From positions 10,478,001 through 10,542,000 of the forward strand of contig OX597815.1 in the NCBI GenBank assembly GCA_951406725.2: a DNA stretch of 64,000 nt, written 5' to 3'. This DNA is from Octopus vulgaris. Lineage: Eukaryota. The position numbers and the translations under genes are program-made. Position 1 is the stretch's first letter. Each line of letters opens with the position of its first letter. This document shows positions 52,286 through 64,000 of the stretch, piece by piece. The notes beneath the pieces were generated by a model. That model worked only from the letters and a program-made list of their open reading frames with translations. It ran no database searches and was not told the DNA's origin.

Positions 52286-52389
52286 TCTTTACTATCTTTC
52301 TCTTTTAATTGTTTCTTTGTACTTATTCTATCGGTCTCTTTTGCCGACCGAACCGCTAAGTTTCAGGGATGTACACACACAAGCAGAGT

Positions 52390-53250
52390 TTTGCGACGTT
52401 AACACGAGGTAACTGGGCCTCCTCCTAAAATAACTTATGGCTGTAATTACTTGGAAAATAATGACCCAAGTGGTTTTGCCCCACCAGTTCTGAATGGGGA
52501 TGACTACCCTCCACCACGTCGGCACCACATTACTTCAACGTTCTATGGAGTCGCTGGGTTATACACAACCAAGATTCAGAGAACAACAATCAGTTGAGAA
52601 AGATGGTTGTACATGCAATAGGCGCAAATGTAAAAACTGCTTTGAAGAACCACATAATCAAGTTCAATAAGAAACTGTATATGCAGCTTCTAGACGCAGC
52701 CTTCGGTGTCAGTGTTGCTGGGGATGTAACCGGCCTCTTTATGACCTGATTGGACAGAAAACTTAGGTAGTCCCTAGATGAATACTCTATTGCTGTAATA
52801 CTATACTGTAGGTATGTAGATGATAATAATATTCTAGTTCGGACAATCCCATGTGGTCGTACTGAGGAAGCCGAGAGGAATACGATGGAGAGATCCAGTG
52901 TATAGCTAACTCCATCCACCAGAGTATCAAGGTAACGATAGATTACCCCACTAGATTCCCTGTCCTTGATACCGAACTTTGGTTTGAGACTACAAACAAC
53001 AAAATTTCGCTCCTCTATCCCTATTACATGAAACCCATAGCTCCCAAGTATGTTATTCACAAGAACTCAGCTTTATCACACAATGTAAAGATTAGCATAC
53101 TAATAGCGGATTTAGTCGGGATAATGAACAATGCGTCTCCCCTGTGAAAACCCTATGAAATAAAGAGACATGCAAGGGACTTTATGTAGCGCAAGCAGTT
53201 CTCTAGCTACGACCAGAAAATTTTAATTTTCTCAGGTTATAAAGAAGCAA
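52390..53250 (+). pseudogene. Penelope-like reverse transcriptase fragment
   Basis: KNHIIKFNKKLYMQ...AFGVSVAGDVTGLFM...LYCRYVDD (YVDD at 52813-52824)...ANSIHQSIKVTIDYP..FPVLDTELW...YYMKPIA...IHKNSAL...K.SIL, with stops and frameshifts. Confidence 0.82.
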
Positions 53251-53958
53251 GTCTTTGGGGGCACAATTGTGTAGATATGCTGAAATATTTATATATATGC
53301 AAGGATGTATATAAAACTTACTCTGTAAAAATGTATATGGATATATATTTGTATGTTTCTCCATGCATTTATACATGTATATGTGTAAGTTTCAGAAGAT
53401 ATTATAATAATGGAATAATAGACAGTCGTAATAAGAGATCTCCCAAAAATCTATTTCCTTAACTTTTAACTACTGTTTCTGGTACATATATTTACACAAT
53501 TTTGATTTTGAAGTATTTAAAATAAGGATGAAAGGCAAAGTCGATCTTGGCTGAATTCGAACTCAGAACGTAGGGACAGACAAATAACCGCTAAGCTTCG
53601 AGATCCTTGTTCTGGAAACGAATTATATCACGTTTTGGCATTCTCGAAGGCATATCAAATTTTTAGAAACATAGATATATATATCTATATCTATATGAAT
53701 TATACATATGTGTTATGTGTGTGTGTGTGTGTAGCCCCTTGTGGGCAATAAAGAAATATATATATATATATATATAAAATAGTAAAAAGTGAAAAAACTA
53801 CAGAAGGCTTGTTTTAAAAGGTTAAAAAATATATATTTGAGTCAATATGTCTGAAGAATGTTATAAATTTTTTTCATACAATGACATAATTTAGAAGAAA
53901 TGACCGGTTACTATTTTCTATATATTCAAGCACGTGCTTTCACACACCAACTTTCTCA

Positions 53959-53998
<40 letters not shown>

Positions 53999-54465
53999 CA
54001 AACCTATATACGTTTGTATTATGTATGTATGTGCATGTATGAGCGTACGCAAACGCAATTTTTCTTTTGAAAATATTGTTGTATTCATTTTTGCTGACGC
54101 ATATACCTAGACGACTAGGCAGATAGCTTGGTAAGTAGACATAATCAAACAGAAGTATTTGAACATCTTAGCATAACTGCAGGGTAAAGGCCACTTTGTG
54201 TTGCGTGTAATCTAATAAATCCACTTTAAAGAAAGTATAAAATATATGGAAAATGAAATTTCAAGTGAAAATGTAAATAAAAATATCAAAGTAACAGAAA
54301 TTGATCTTTTAATTAATTAAACGTTTATTTATCCTTGTAATTGTATATATTAAACAAAATGTAGGATTTTATGCAAAAATCAAATCTTCAAACTGGAAAC
54401 GAATGACGAATCCCTTAAAAACCAGCGGCGACTGTAAAGTTACAGTTTCTCCACCACATGTTACA

Positions 54466-54614
54466 TGTATGTATGTATGTATGTATGTATGTATGTATGT
54501 ATGTATGTATGTATATATGTATATGTATGTATGTATGTACGTATGTATGTATGTATGTACGTACGTATGTTATGTATGTATGTATGTATGTATGTATGTA
54601 TACATGTATATATG

Positions 54615-54646
<32 letters not shown>

Positions 54647-54975
54647 CGTACGTATGTATGTATGTATGTATGTATGTATGTATGTATGTATGTATGTATG
54701 TATGTATGTATGTATGTATGTATGTGTGTATGTATGTATGCATGTATGTATGTATGTATGTATGCATGCATGTATGTATGTATGTATGCATGCATGTATG
54801 TATGTATGTATGTATGTATGTATGTATGTATGTATGTATGTATGTATGTATGTATGTATGTATGTATGTATGTATGTATGTATGTATGTATGTATGTATG
54901 TATGTAGGTAGGTAGGTAGGTAGGTAGGGAGGTAGGTAGGGAGGTATTTATGTATGTACGTACGTACATACATAC
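54466..54975. repeat. (ATGT)n/(AGGT)n microsatellite
   Basis: Tetranucleotide tract. Confidence 0.97.
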
Positions 54976-55251
54976 ATAAAAGCCTTGTGGTATGCTATAC
55001 AAAGCTCGTTCACAGTTATTGGTTACCTCGTGTCATACAGTAGAAATGTTCTTGCTGATGGATATGCACACGGAATTCCATAGTGTCCATAGAGTCTGGA
55101 AAGGGATTTCCATTCTGAGTGAGCTGACAGTAGGATCTAACGAAGAACTTTCTTAAACAATCACCTGAGGATGCTCATCATACATCTCCGATGGATGATA
55201 TCCAACATGTCACCAATATACTACCGGTGTAAAAAACTGATCTATCTATCC

Positions 55252-55338
<87 letters not shown>

Positions 55339-55587
55339 AATTTGCCTACGTGTCTCTCTCTATATACACACACACTTGTTGACTGCCGACTGTCAACACC
55401 TCTTGCGTCCGTTTCCTATATTCCTGCCTTTAGGCTTTCACTCACTTTCATGCCAGCTCAATTTGATTCGTTCTCAGTCGAAAGACGCCTGTTGTTATTT
55501 CTTGTTTGTATTCGTAATTGTGTACCATGTTCTCCGTTTTTTTGTTTGTTTTTCTTTTTTGTCTTTGTTGCTGTACTCATTTGCTAG

Positions 55588-55711
55588 CTTTCTTACAAAG
55601 TGGTCTAATGCTCTTAGTTTAAACGTTTTGGGGGGACAACCAGATCGAACCATTTCAAGTGTAGCCGCCCGAAATAGTCGTGATTTCTGGTACTTGACTG
55701 AAGAAAGAAGG
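55588..55711 (+). ncRNA. permuted, pseudoknotted hammerhead-like RNA motif (copy 2, more decayed; host element about 55376-55830)
   Basis: CUUUCUU [hairpin] GGG.. CCAGA.. ACCAU U UCAAGUG uagccg CCC GAA AUAGU.. UCUGG UACUUGA CUGAAGA AAGAAGG. Confidence 0.55.
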
Positions 55712-55839
55712 CCACGAATGATCAGTCTTCTTTGCCTATCCTTCTAATTGCTATTTTCTCTTGTCCGCTTTTGTATCGTCTATCTGTCTGAACGTTTTAA
55801 TACTCTCTATTGCGTTTTGTTCCATTTTTATATTTATAT

Positions 55840-55926
<87 letters not shown>

Positions 55927-56207
55927 TGTGTGTGTGTATGTGTGTGTGTGTATTTTATCTTTTACTTCTTTCAGTCATTAGACTGCGGCCATGCTTGATT
56001 CGACTACCATCCGTGCAACATCTATATTCCTCCTCGTGCCTGGCATCTCTTATGTCCCTGCCCTAAGGTTTCACTTCCACACACGACAGCTTAATTTAAT
56101 TCGTCCTTAGTTGAAAGACAATTGTTGTTAATGTCCTGTTATTTGTATTTGCATTTGTGTACCATTCTCCGTTTTTTCCCGTCCTTCTTTTCGTATACAT
56201 TCGCTGC

Positions 56208-56330
56208 TTTCTTCCAAGGAATCTAATGCTCTTAGCTTAGATTTTCCTTGGTGCTGGCTAGATTGGAGCAATCTCGAGTATAACCAGCCGAAATTGCAAA
56301 GATAATCTGGAATTCGACTGACGAAAGAAA
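56208..56330 (+). ncRNA. permuted, pseudoknotted hammerhead-like RNA motif (copy 3; host element about 55996-56475)
   Basis: UUUCUU [CCAAGGA..UCCUUGG] uGCUGG CUAGAUU gga GCAAU C UCGAGU auaa CCAGCc GAA AUUGC aaagau AAUCUGG a AUUCGA CUGACGA AAGAAA. Confidence 0.62.
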
Positions 56331-56495
56331 ACTTCGGATGACTCGTCCTTGTTGCTTTTGTCCCTTTGTTGTATCATCTGTCTGAATATGTTGTTGTCCC
56401 TTTTTTGTATCACCTAACTGTCTGGATGTTTTGCGTTCTTGTCCCATTTTTTGTATTCTTCTTTTATATACATGTAGCGGCGTACGTACACTTTG

Positions 56496-56575
<80 letters not shown>

Positions 56576-57097
56576 GTATATGTAAATGTATGTATACATA
56601 TATATTGGTATCTATAACTTGAAAAACAAATACAGACTCGTTTATTCTTAAAATAATTCGCAGACAGCAATAGCGAAATAGAGTATAACACGTCTGGTCC
56701 TTTGAATTACAGCTCCGGTCCATCGAACAGTTTTCGTAATAGTTTCCGTGTACCTGAATTCACTTGGGTGCATCCGGAACGATGGCAAATGTCATTCGCC
56801 CAAGTTACCAAAGAAGTCATGAATGCGATGCGTAGTTCCAAACAACTCACCAAGTCTGCATTCATCTGTCATCGAATGAGCTTCAATGCGGTTCCTTGAA
56901 TTGCTAGAAATAGGAGCGAGATTTTTTTTATCAAGTCATACCCTACTGTCTTAGGAAAAGTGTTCGTTTGTAAACATGGTTCTAGGTTCCGAGTACATTT
57001 ATAAAAAGATGGAATGGTCACGATAAGCTTGCTTTTAATCATAGGTCAGCTCAACAAGAGCTGTTATGGGGAATAAATAACAATCATGTCGATTTAC

Positions 57098-57514
57098 CTA
57101 TTTCTTTATTGCCTACAAGGGGTTAAACATAGAGGGGCCAAACAAGGTCAGACAAAGGGATTAAGTCGACTACATCGATCCCAGTGCGTAACTGGTACCT
57201 TATTTATCGGCCCCGAAAGGATGAAAGGCAAAGTCGATCTCGGCGGAATTTGAACTCAGAACGTAACGACAGACGAAATACCTATTTCTTTACTACCCAC
57301 AAGGGGCTAAACACAGAGGGGACAAACAAGGAGAGACACACAGGTTAAGTTGTTTATAACGACCCCACTGCGTAACTGGTACTTATTTATCGACCCCGAA
57401 AGGATGAAAGGCAAAATCGACCTCGGCGAAATTTGAACTCAGAACGTAAAGGACAGACGAAATACGGCTACACATTTCGCCCGGCATGCTAACGATTCTG
57501 CCAGCTCACCGCCT
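57098..57514 (-). mobile_element. SINE group A tandem (one head, two units)
   Basis: Junction cgaaatacc|tatttcttt at about 57281. Confidence 0.9.
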
Positions 57515-57754
57515 TAAATCGACATGATGGTAAATCATATCGATTTACCATCGTACGGAAGCCTAAAAATAATTAGACACACGCACAGTTATAGAAATAT
57601 GTATTTAAAACAATCAGAAAGATATATGCATGTACAATCATAAAATACGTGTACCTCTTTGTGCACAAACATACACACAGCATAAGCAAGCACACATAGT
57701 ACAGAACACACACACACCAAAAAACTATATTTATGCACACGTAAAGCCATTGAT

Positions 57755-57756
57755 TT

Positions 57757-57788
<32 letters not shown>

Positions 57789-57886
57789 TATTTATTTATT
57801 TCTCTCTCTCTCTCTCTCTCTTTCTTTCTCTCTTTCTCTCTTTCTCTCTCTCTCTCTCTTTCTTTCTTTCTCTCTCTTTCTCTATT

Positions 57887-57969
<83 letters not shown>

Positions 57970-57982
57970 CTCTCTCTTTCTT

Positions 57983-58025
<43 letters not shown>

Positions 58026-58042
58026 CTCTCTCTCTCTTTCTT

Positions 58043-58085
<43 letters not shown>

Positions 58086-58108
58086 CTCTTTCTTTCTCTC
58101 TCTCTTTC
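57755..58108. repeat. (TTTC)n/(TC)n microsatellite
   Basis: Pyrimidine tract. Confidence 0.97.
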
Positions 58109-58649
58109 ACTCGCACTCACTCACATGCATATGCACGCTAGCACCCGCATACACCCACTACACAGTCAAGTACACACAGCATAGATATACAGGTAAATAG
58201 TATATCACATACGCCACACACACACACACACAGACACACACACACACACACACACACATGTATGTATGTGTGTGCGTGTGGATGTATACACATGTAACAC
58301 AAAAAGACGCATACAGTATACACAAGACAGCCAAACATAAGCGCATAACCTCCATTATACAAGCAACAGAACACACAGACATGTGCAACCAGCAACAGAA
58401 CGTCACAGAGAAACACACAATACGCAACACGTACAATGGACAATGCACAACAAACAATAGACCGACAAACATAAGCATGCAGCACGCAGATACACACAGA
58501 CACAACAGGAACAGAGATACACACACAAACATGACATACGCACACAGACACACACGTTGAACACACGCATAATGTACCTACAGACACTGCACACGCACAC
58601 ACGCATATATACAGCACGCACGCACGTATACTGTACATACATACACACG

Positions 58650-59518
58650 TACGACATAAACACTCAGACAGCACACACATACGACATAGATATACTCAGA
58701 CAGCACACACATACGACATAGATATACTCAGACAGCACACACATACGACATAGATATACTCAGACAGCACACACATACGACATAGATATACTCAGACAGC
58801 ACACACACATACGACATAGATATACTCAGACAGCACACACATACGACATAGATATACTCAGACAGCACACACATACGACATAGATATACTCAGACAGCAC
58901 ACACATACGACATAGATATACTCAGACAGCACACACATACGACATAGATATACTCAGACAGCACACACATACGACATAGATATACTCAGACAGCACACAC
59001 ATACGACATAGATATACTCAGACAGCACACACATACGACATAGATATACTCAGACAGCACACACATACGACATAGATATACTCAGACAGCACACACATAC
59101 GACATAGATATACTCAGACAGCACACACATACGACATAGATATACTCAGACAGCACACACACATACGACATAGATATACTCAGACAGCACACACATACGA
59201 CATAGATATACTCAGACAGCACACACATACGACATAGATATACTCAGACAGCACACACATACGACATAGATATACTCAGACAGCACACACATACGACATA
59301 GATATACTCAGACAGCACACACATACGACATAGATATACTCAGACAGCACACACATACGACATAGATATACTCAGACAGCACACACATATGACATAGATA
59401 TACTCAGACAGCACACACATACGACATAGATATACTCAGACAGCACACACATATGACATAGATATACTCAGACAGCACACACATACGACATAGATATACT
59501 CAGACAGCACACACATAC
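58650..59518. repeat. 32-bp minisatellite, about 27 near-identical copies
   Basis: Unit acgacatagatatactcagacagcacacacat, with occasional +2 (ac) and C>T variants. Confidence 0.97.
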
Positions 59519-59740
59519 ACTACACGCTCGCGCAAGCTCTATGAAGATACACTGCGCGCAGATACTGCACGCACACGTGTAGCGCATATATTACACTCGG
59601 ACACACAGACACACGTAATACTCAATAGAGACACTGCGCCCGCAGGTTCTCATTACTCATTGATGACGCGAATATATGAAAACACATAAACATACTATAT
59701 ACTCATAACACACATGCACACACACACACAAACACACACA

Positions 59741-59832
<92 letters not shown>

Positions 59833-59845
59833 CACAACGCATATA

Positions 59846-60683
59846 CTAAGTGTCCCAGAAAGATTTACCCATTGATATTTCTTAATTCTTCAAAATAAAC
59901 TTAAGGTGGGACAATGAAATTTGGCCTATAGGCTCAAATGTAAATCGTCAATCCATTGCAGTAATTACACTTCAAAACGACCACCTTTCGCCTTGATCCT
60001 AATCTGCAAAGAAGTGGTCACTCGATCACCGTATCGCCTCTTCATCCAACTTGACTCATTCTGCCTGTTGGTAACTGCCGTCACGGTGAAGATCTCGTAG
60101 GACCAGTTCAATACTGTTAGCTGCGCGGTTCATCTCAGCTAACATGGTTTTTACCCCTGTTGAGCCATTTCTGCTTAGAAGCTGCCGAAATTAACTGCCG
60201 GGATTGTTCCTTGTATGCAGTTAGCTTTAAATCCTCTTTAAGAATCCTGTGCATTGACGATCTCGAAATATCAAGAACTTTTGCGGTTTTTCTTGCACTC
60301 CTGCTGGGATTTCGGTTCATTCACCTCTTCAAAGCTTCAACAGTTTGTCTGGTACGAATTGATCGTTTCCTACCAAGAACTGGTTAGCTAGAAGTAATAG
60401 CGGGCTTCATATATCGTTTCCATGTATTGAACACTGTTTTACGACACACATTCAACTGTTTTATGTCCTTATTGCTCACTTCAGCTGTTTTCAAAGCGAC
60501 AATCTGGTCACGTTTTGCTTTCGACGCCATGTTTTTTTAGAAACCTGTTATACACGAACGACACAATAAACCCATGAACAAAAGACATATGCTAATCTTC
60601 ATGTAAAATGTAGACAACATTACCTGAACAGATATTCTTTAGGAAGTGTTCTAAACACGGTTAAATCTTTTTGGGACACTCTG
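59846..60683 (-). mobile_element. internally deleted Tc1/mariner-superfamily transposon
   Basis: About 25-bp TIRs c(t/a)(a/g)agtgtccca(g/a)aaagattta, TA flanks, and a transposase N-terminus from 60530: MASKAKRDQIVAL...GRKRSIRT...RNPSRSARKTAKVLDISRSSMHRILKEDLKLTAYK. Confidence 0.88.
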
Positions 60684-61008
60684 TATTGTGCACAGACATA
60701 TACCAAAAAAATTTGCAAGTGACGTGCTGACGGAAAGATTGGCTCTTGACCGGTTCTTCAACGCAAAACACGAAAATTGCGTTTCCAGGGAGCTAGAAGG
60801 GCGGAACTATTGTTGATGTGATTCTTGTAAAAACCAAATGCTACGTTTGTCATAAATAATTTAAAATAATATCAGGGCTAAATGGTCATCTGAATGTCCG
60901 AGGTAGAAATGCTATGAAACCTATTACTGACGGCATATACACACATACAAACACATACAAACACAAACGCACAAACACTCACACACATATGCAAATCACT
61001 ATGGGATT

Positions 61009-61453
61009 TGCACTTTACATTTTGGGTCTTACGAGATCGATGAAATAAGTTCTAGATAAAATGACCAGGTCGATCACTAGGGGATGGCCAAGCAGAAATG
61101 TGCACTTTACATTTTGTGTCTTACGAGATCAATGAAATAAGTTCTAGATAAAACGACCAGGTCGATCACTAGGGGATGGCCAAGCAGAAATGTGCACTTT
61201 ACATTTTGGGTCTTACGAGATCGATGAAATAAGTTCTAGATAAAATGACCAGGTCGATCACTAGGGGATGGCCAAGCAGAAATGTGCACTTTACATTTTG
61301 GGTCTTACGAGATCGATGAAATAAGTTCTAGATAAAATGACCAGGTCGATCACTAGGGGATGGCCAAGCAGAAATGTGCACTTTACATTTTGGGTCTTAC
61401 GAGATCGATGAAATAAGTTCTAGATAAAATGACCAGGTCGATATAATCGACTT
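61009..61453 (+). repeat. 92-bp tandem repeat, about 4.7 copies
   Basis: Units start at 61009, 61101, 61193, 61285 and 61377. Confidence 0.95.
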
Positions 61454-61578
61454 AAAAGTAAATACGAATACCAATAAACACGACTAATCCCATTACGCAG
61501 CAACTTGTTATTTCCCAACATTCGATACTTAATCTATTTAAGTTACTATAAAAACACATACACATACACGCAACACAT

Positions 61579-61633
<55 letters not shown>

Positions 61634-61894
61634 GACGCACGCACGCACAGACAGGCAACAGCTTGTTTTACCAAATTCCTAATCATTGCGGCGTTACTTT
61701 TTTTTAAGGAAACAAGTTTATACAAGTTGTCATGTTTTTCTCCCTCCCTCTCTCTCTCTCTCTCTGTCTTTCTTCCCCCTCTCTCTGTCTTTCTGCTGTA
61801 GATATAGTTCCCCCGTTGTAATTTCTACATCTAATGTACCACAATGTCGTATTCTCTGCAATAAAAAAGTAAACCAAAAAAATAATATTATTTA

Positions 61895-62490
61895 AGGCGG
61901 CGAGCTGGCAGAAACGTTAGCACGCCGGGCGAAATGCTTAGTGGTATTTCGTCTGCTATTACGTTCTGAGTTCAAATTGCGCCCAGGTCGACTTGACCTT
62001 TCATCCATTCAGGATCTATAAATTAAGCACCAGTTACGCACTGGGGTCGATGTAATCGACTTAATCCGTTTGTCTGTCCTTGTTTGTCCCCTCTGTGTTT
62101 AGACCCTTGTGGGTAGTAAAGAAATAGGTATTTCGTCTGCCGCTACGTTCTGAGTTCAAATTCCGCCAAGGTCAACTTTGCCTTCCATCCTTTTGGGGTC
62201 GATTAAATAAGTACCAGTTACGCACTGGGGTCGATATAGTCGACTTTATCCGTCTGTCTGTCCTTGTTTGTCTCCTCTATGTTTGTCTCCTCTATGTGGG
62301 TAGTAAAGAAATAGGTATTTCGCCCGTCGCTACGTTCTGAGTTCAAATTCCGCCGAGGTCGACTTTGCCTTTCCTCCTTTCGGGGTGGATAAATTAAGTA
62401 CCAGTTGCGTACTGAGATCGATCTCGTCGACTGGCCCCCTCCCCCAAATTTTCGGGCCTTGTGCCTAGAGTAGAAAAGATTATTATTATG
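61895..62490 (+). mobile_element. SINE group A array: head, two long-tail units and a final body with the alternative tail
   Basis: Junctions at about 62127 and 62313. The last unit ends ccctcccccaaattttcgggccttgtgcctagagtagaaaagattatt. Confidence 0.92.
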
Positions 62491-63141
62491 AAAGTTGCTA
62501 AGGTGGCGTGCTGACAGAATCGTTGGCGCGTCGGAGGAAATGTTTTGCGGTATTATCTTCCAGCATGTTACGTGCTGAGTTCGAATTCCACCTTTGGTGG
62601 TCGATAAAGTAAAATATCAGTAAAAGTAATAGAGTTCTTGGTGTCAACTAATAACCATTCTTCTAAATTATCGGCAACAGGCACAAGACTTGATTATTTG
62701 GGTGGGGGAAGGGGTCACTCGATTGCATTGCCCCCCCCCCCCCATGTTTAACTGGTACTCATTTGATTTGATAAAAGGCAAAACTGATGTAAATTGAACT
62801 CAGAACGTAAAGCTAGAAGAAAAAGCCACTCAGTACTTTTTCGGGTTCTCTAACGATTCTGCCAGCTCTCCGCTTTGCCTGAATTAAAAATAGAGCGTCG
62901 CATAAAATACCCTGCAGTATATGTTCCAACTTTCCAAGACCTGAGTTCAAATACTACTAAGGAATCGACAGTGTGACGAAAAGAAAATGCTTTAAGGTAC
63001 GTAGGTGTGTCGCTTTCCGTTTTGAGTTCAAGTTCCAACGGGTCCCAAAATTAGAAATGGTCATATACTGTGGTTCAGTTCATCTAAATCTTTTCCTAAA
63101 AATGTAGGTTTTGAGCTGTATTCAATAGCTAGTTCTATTAA

Positions 63142-63911
63142 TGGTGAGCTGGCAGAAACATTAGCTCTCCGGGCGAAATGCTTAGCCGTATTTCGCCTGC
63201 CGTTACGTTCTGAGTTCAAATTCCACCGAGGTCGACTTTGTCTTTCATTCTTTCGGGGTCAATAAATAAAGTACCAGTTACGCACTCGGGTCGATGTAAT
63301 CGACTTAATCCGTTTGTCTGTCCTTGTTTGTCTCCTCTGTGTTTAGCCCCTTGTATAGGTATTTCGTCTGCCGTTACGTTCTGAGTTCAAATTCCGCCTA
63401 GGTCGACTTTGCCTTTCATCCTTTCGTGTTCGATTAAATAAGTACCAGTTACGCACTCGGATCGATATAATAGACTTAATCCGTTTGTCGGTCCTTCTTT
63501 GTCCCTTCTGTGTTTAGCTCCATGTGGGTAGTAAAGAAATAGGCATTTCGTCTTCCGTTACGTTCTGAGTTCAAATTCCGCCGAGGTCGACTTTGCCTTT
63601 CATCCTTTCGGGGTCGATAAATTAAGTACCAGTTACGCACTGGGGTCGATATAATGGACTTAATTCGTTTGTCTGTCCTTGTTTGTCCCCTTCTGTGTTT
63701 AGCCTCTTGTGGGTAGTAAAGAAATAGGTATTTCGTCTGCTGTTACGTTCTGAGTTCAAATTCCGCCGAGGTCGACTTTGCCTTTCATCCTTTCGGGGTC
63801 GATAAATAAAATACCAGTTACGCACTGGGGTCGATATAATCAACTTAATCCGTTTGTTTGTCCTTGTTTGTCCTCTCTGTGTTTAGCCCCTTGAGGGTAG
63901 TAAAAAAATAG
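63142..63911 (+). mobile_element. SINE group A tandem array (one head, four units)
   Basis: Junctions at about 63357, 63541 and 63727. Confidence 0.92.
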
Positions 63912-64000
63912 TTCTGTTAATGATAGAAACGGTAGTGCAGCAACAAAATACCATATAACTAGTTCTATCCACTTATGTGGTGAGTTCAAACCTTGTCGAG

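Noticed and set aside
52590-53060. 156-aa minus-strand ORF
   Set aside because: It is the antisense shadow of the plus-strand PLE RT pseudogene.
58650-59518. 32-bp repeat array as a CRISPR
   Set aside because: Units are contiguous with no unique spacers, there are no cas genes, and the context is eukaryotic.

Overview
AT-rich, repeat-saturated animal DNA. The SINE families and microsatellite load resemble an octopus or other cephalopod genome (inference). I found no convincing host gene, tRNA/rRNA gene or CRISPR array, and nearly all listed ORFs are microsatellite or SINE read-throughs. The window is a nest of tRNA-derived SINEs (three modular groups), decayed LINEs (RTE, R4/Dong-like, L1/Tx1-like), Penelope-like element (PLE) fragments, two Tc1/mariner remnants, two non-autonomous Helitrons, a MITE, minisatellites and local duplications. 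The hidden layer is RNA structure: many short elements lodged in (TA)n tracts carry hammerhead-ribozyme (HHR) motifs. These include canonical and core-variant minimal type I HHRs and a 231-bp-arm palindrome with one HHR on each strand. Most notably, three diverged elements (51996-52126 minus, 55588-55711 plus, 56208-56330 plus) share a covarying HHR-like fold whose strand order fits none of types I, II or III (permuted and doubly pseudoknotted). All structures were folded by eye and no activity has been tested.
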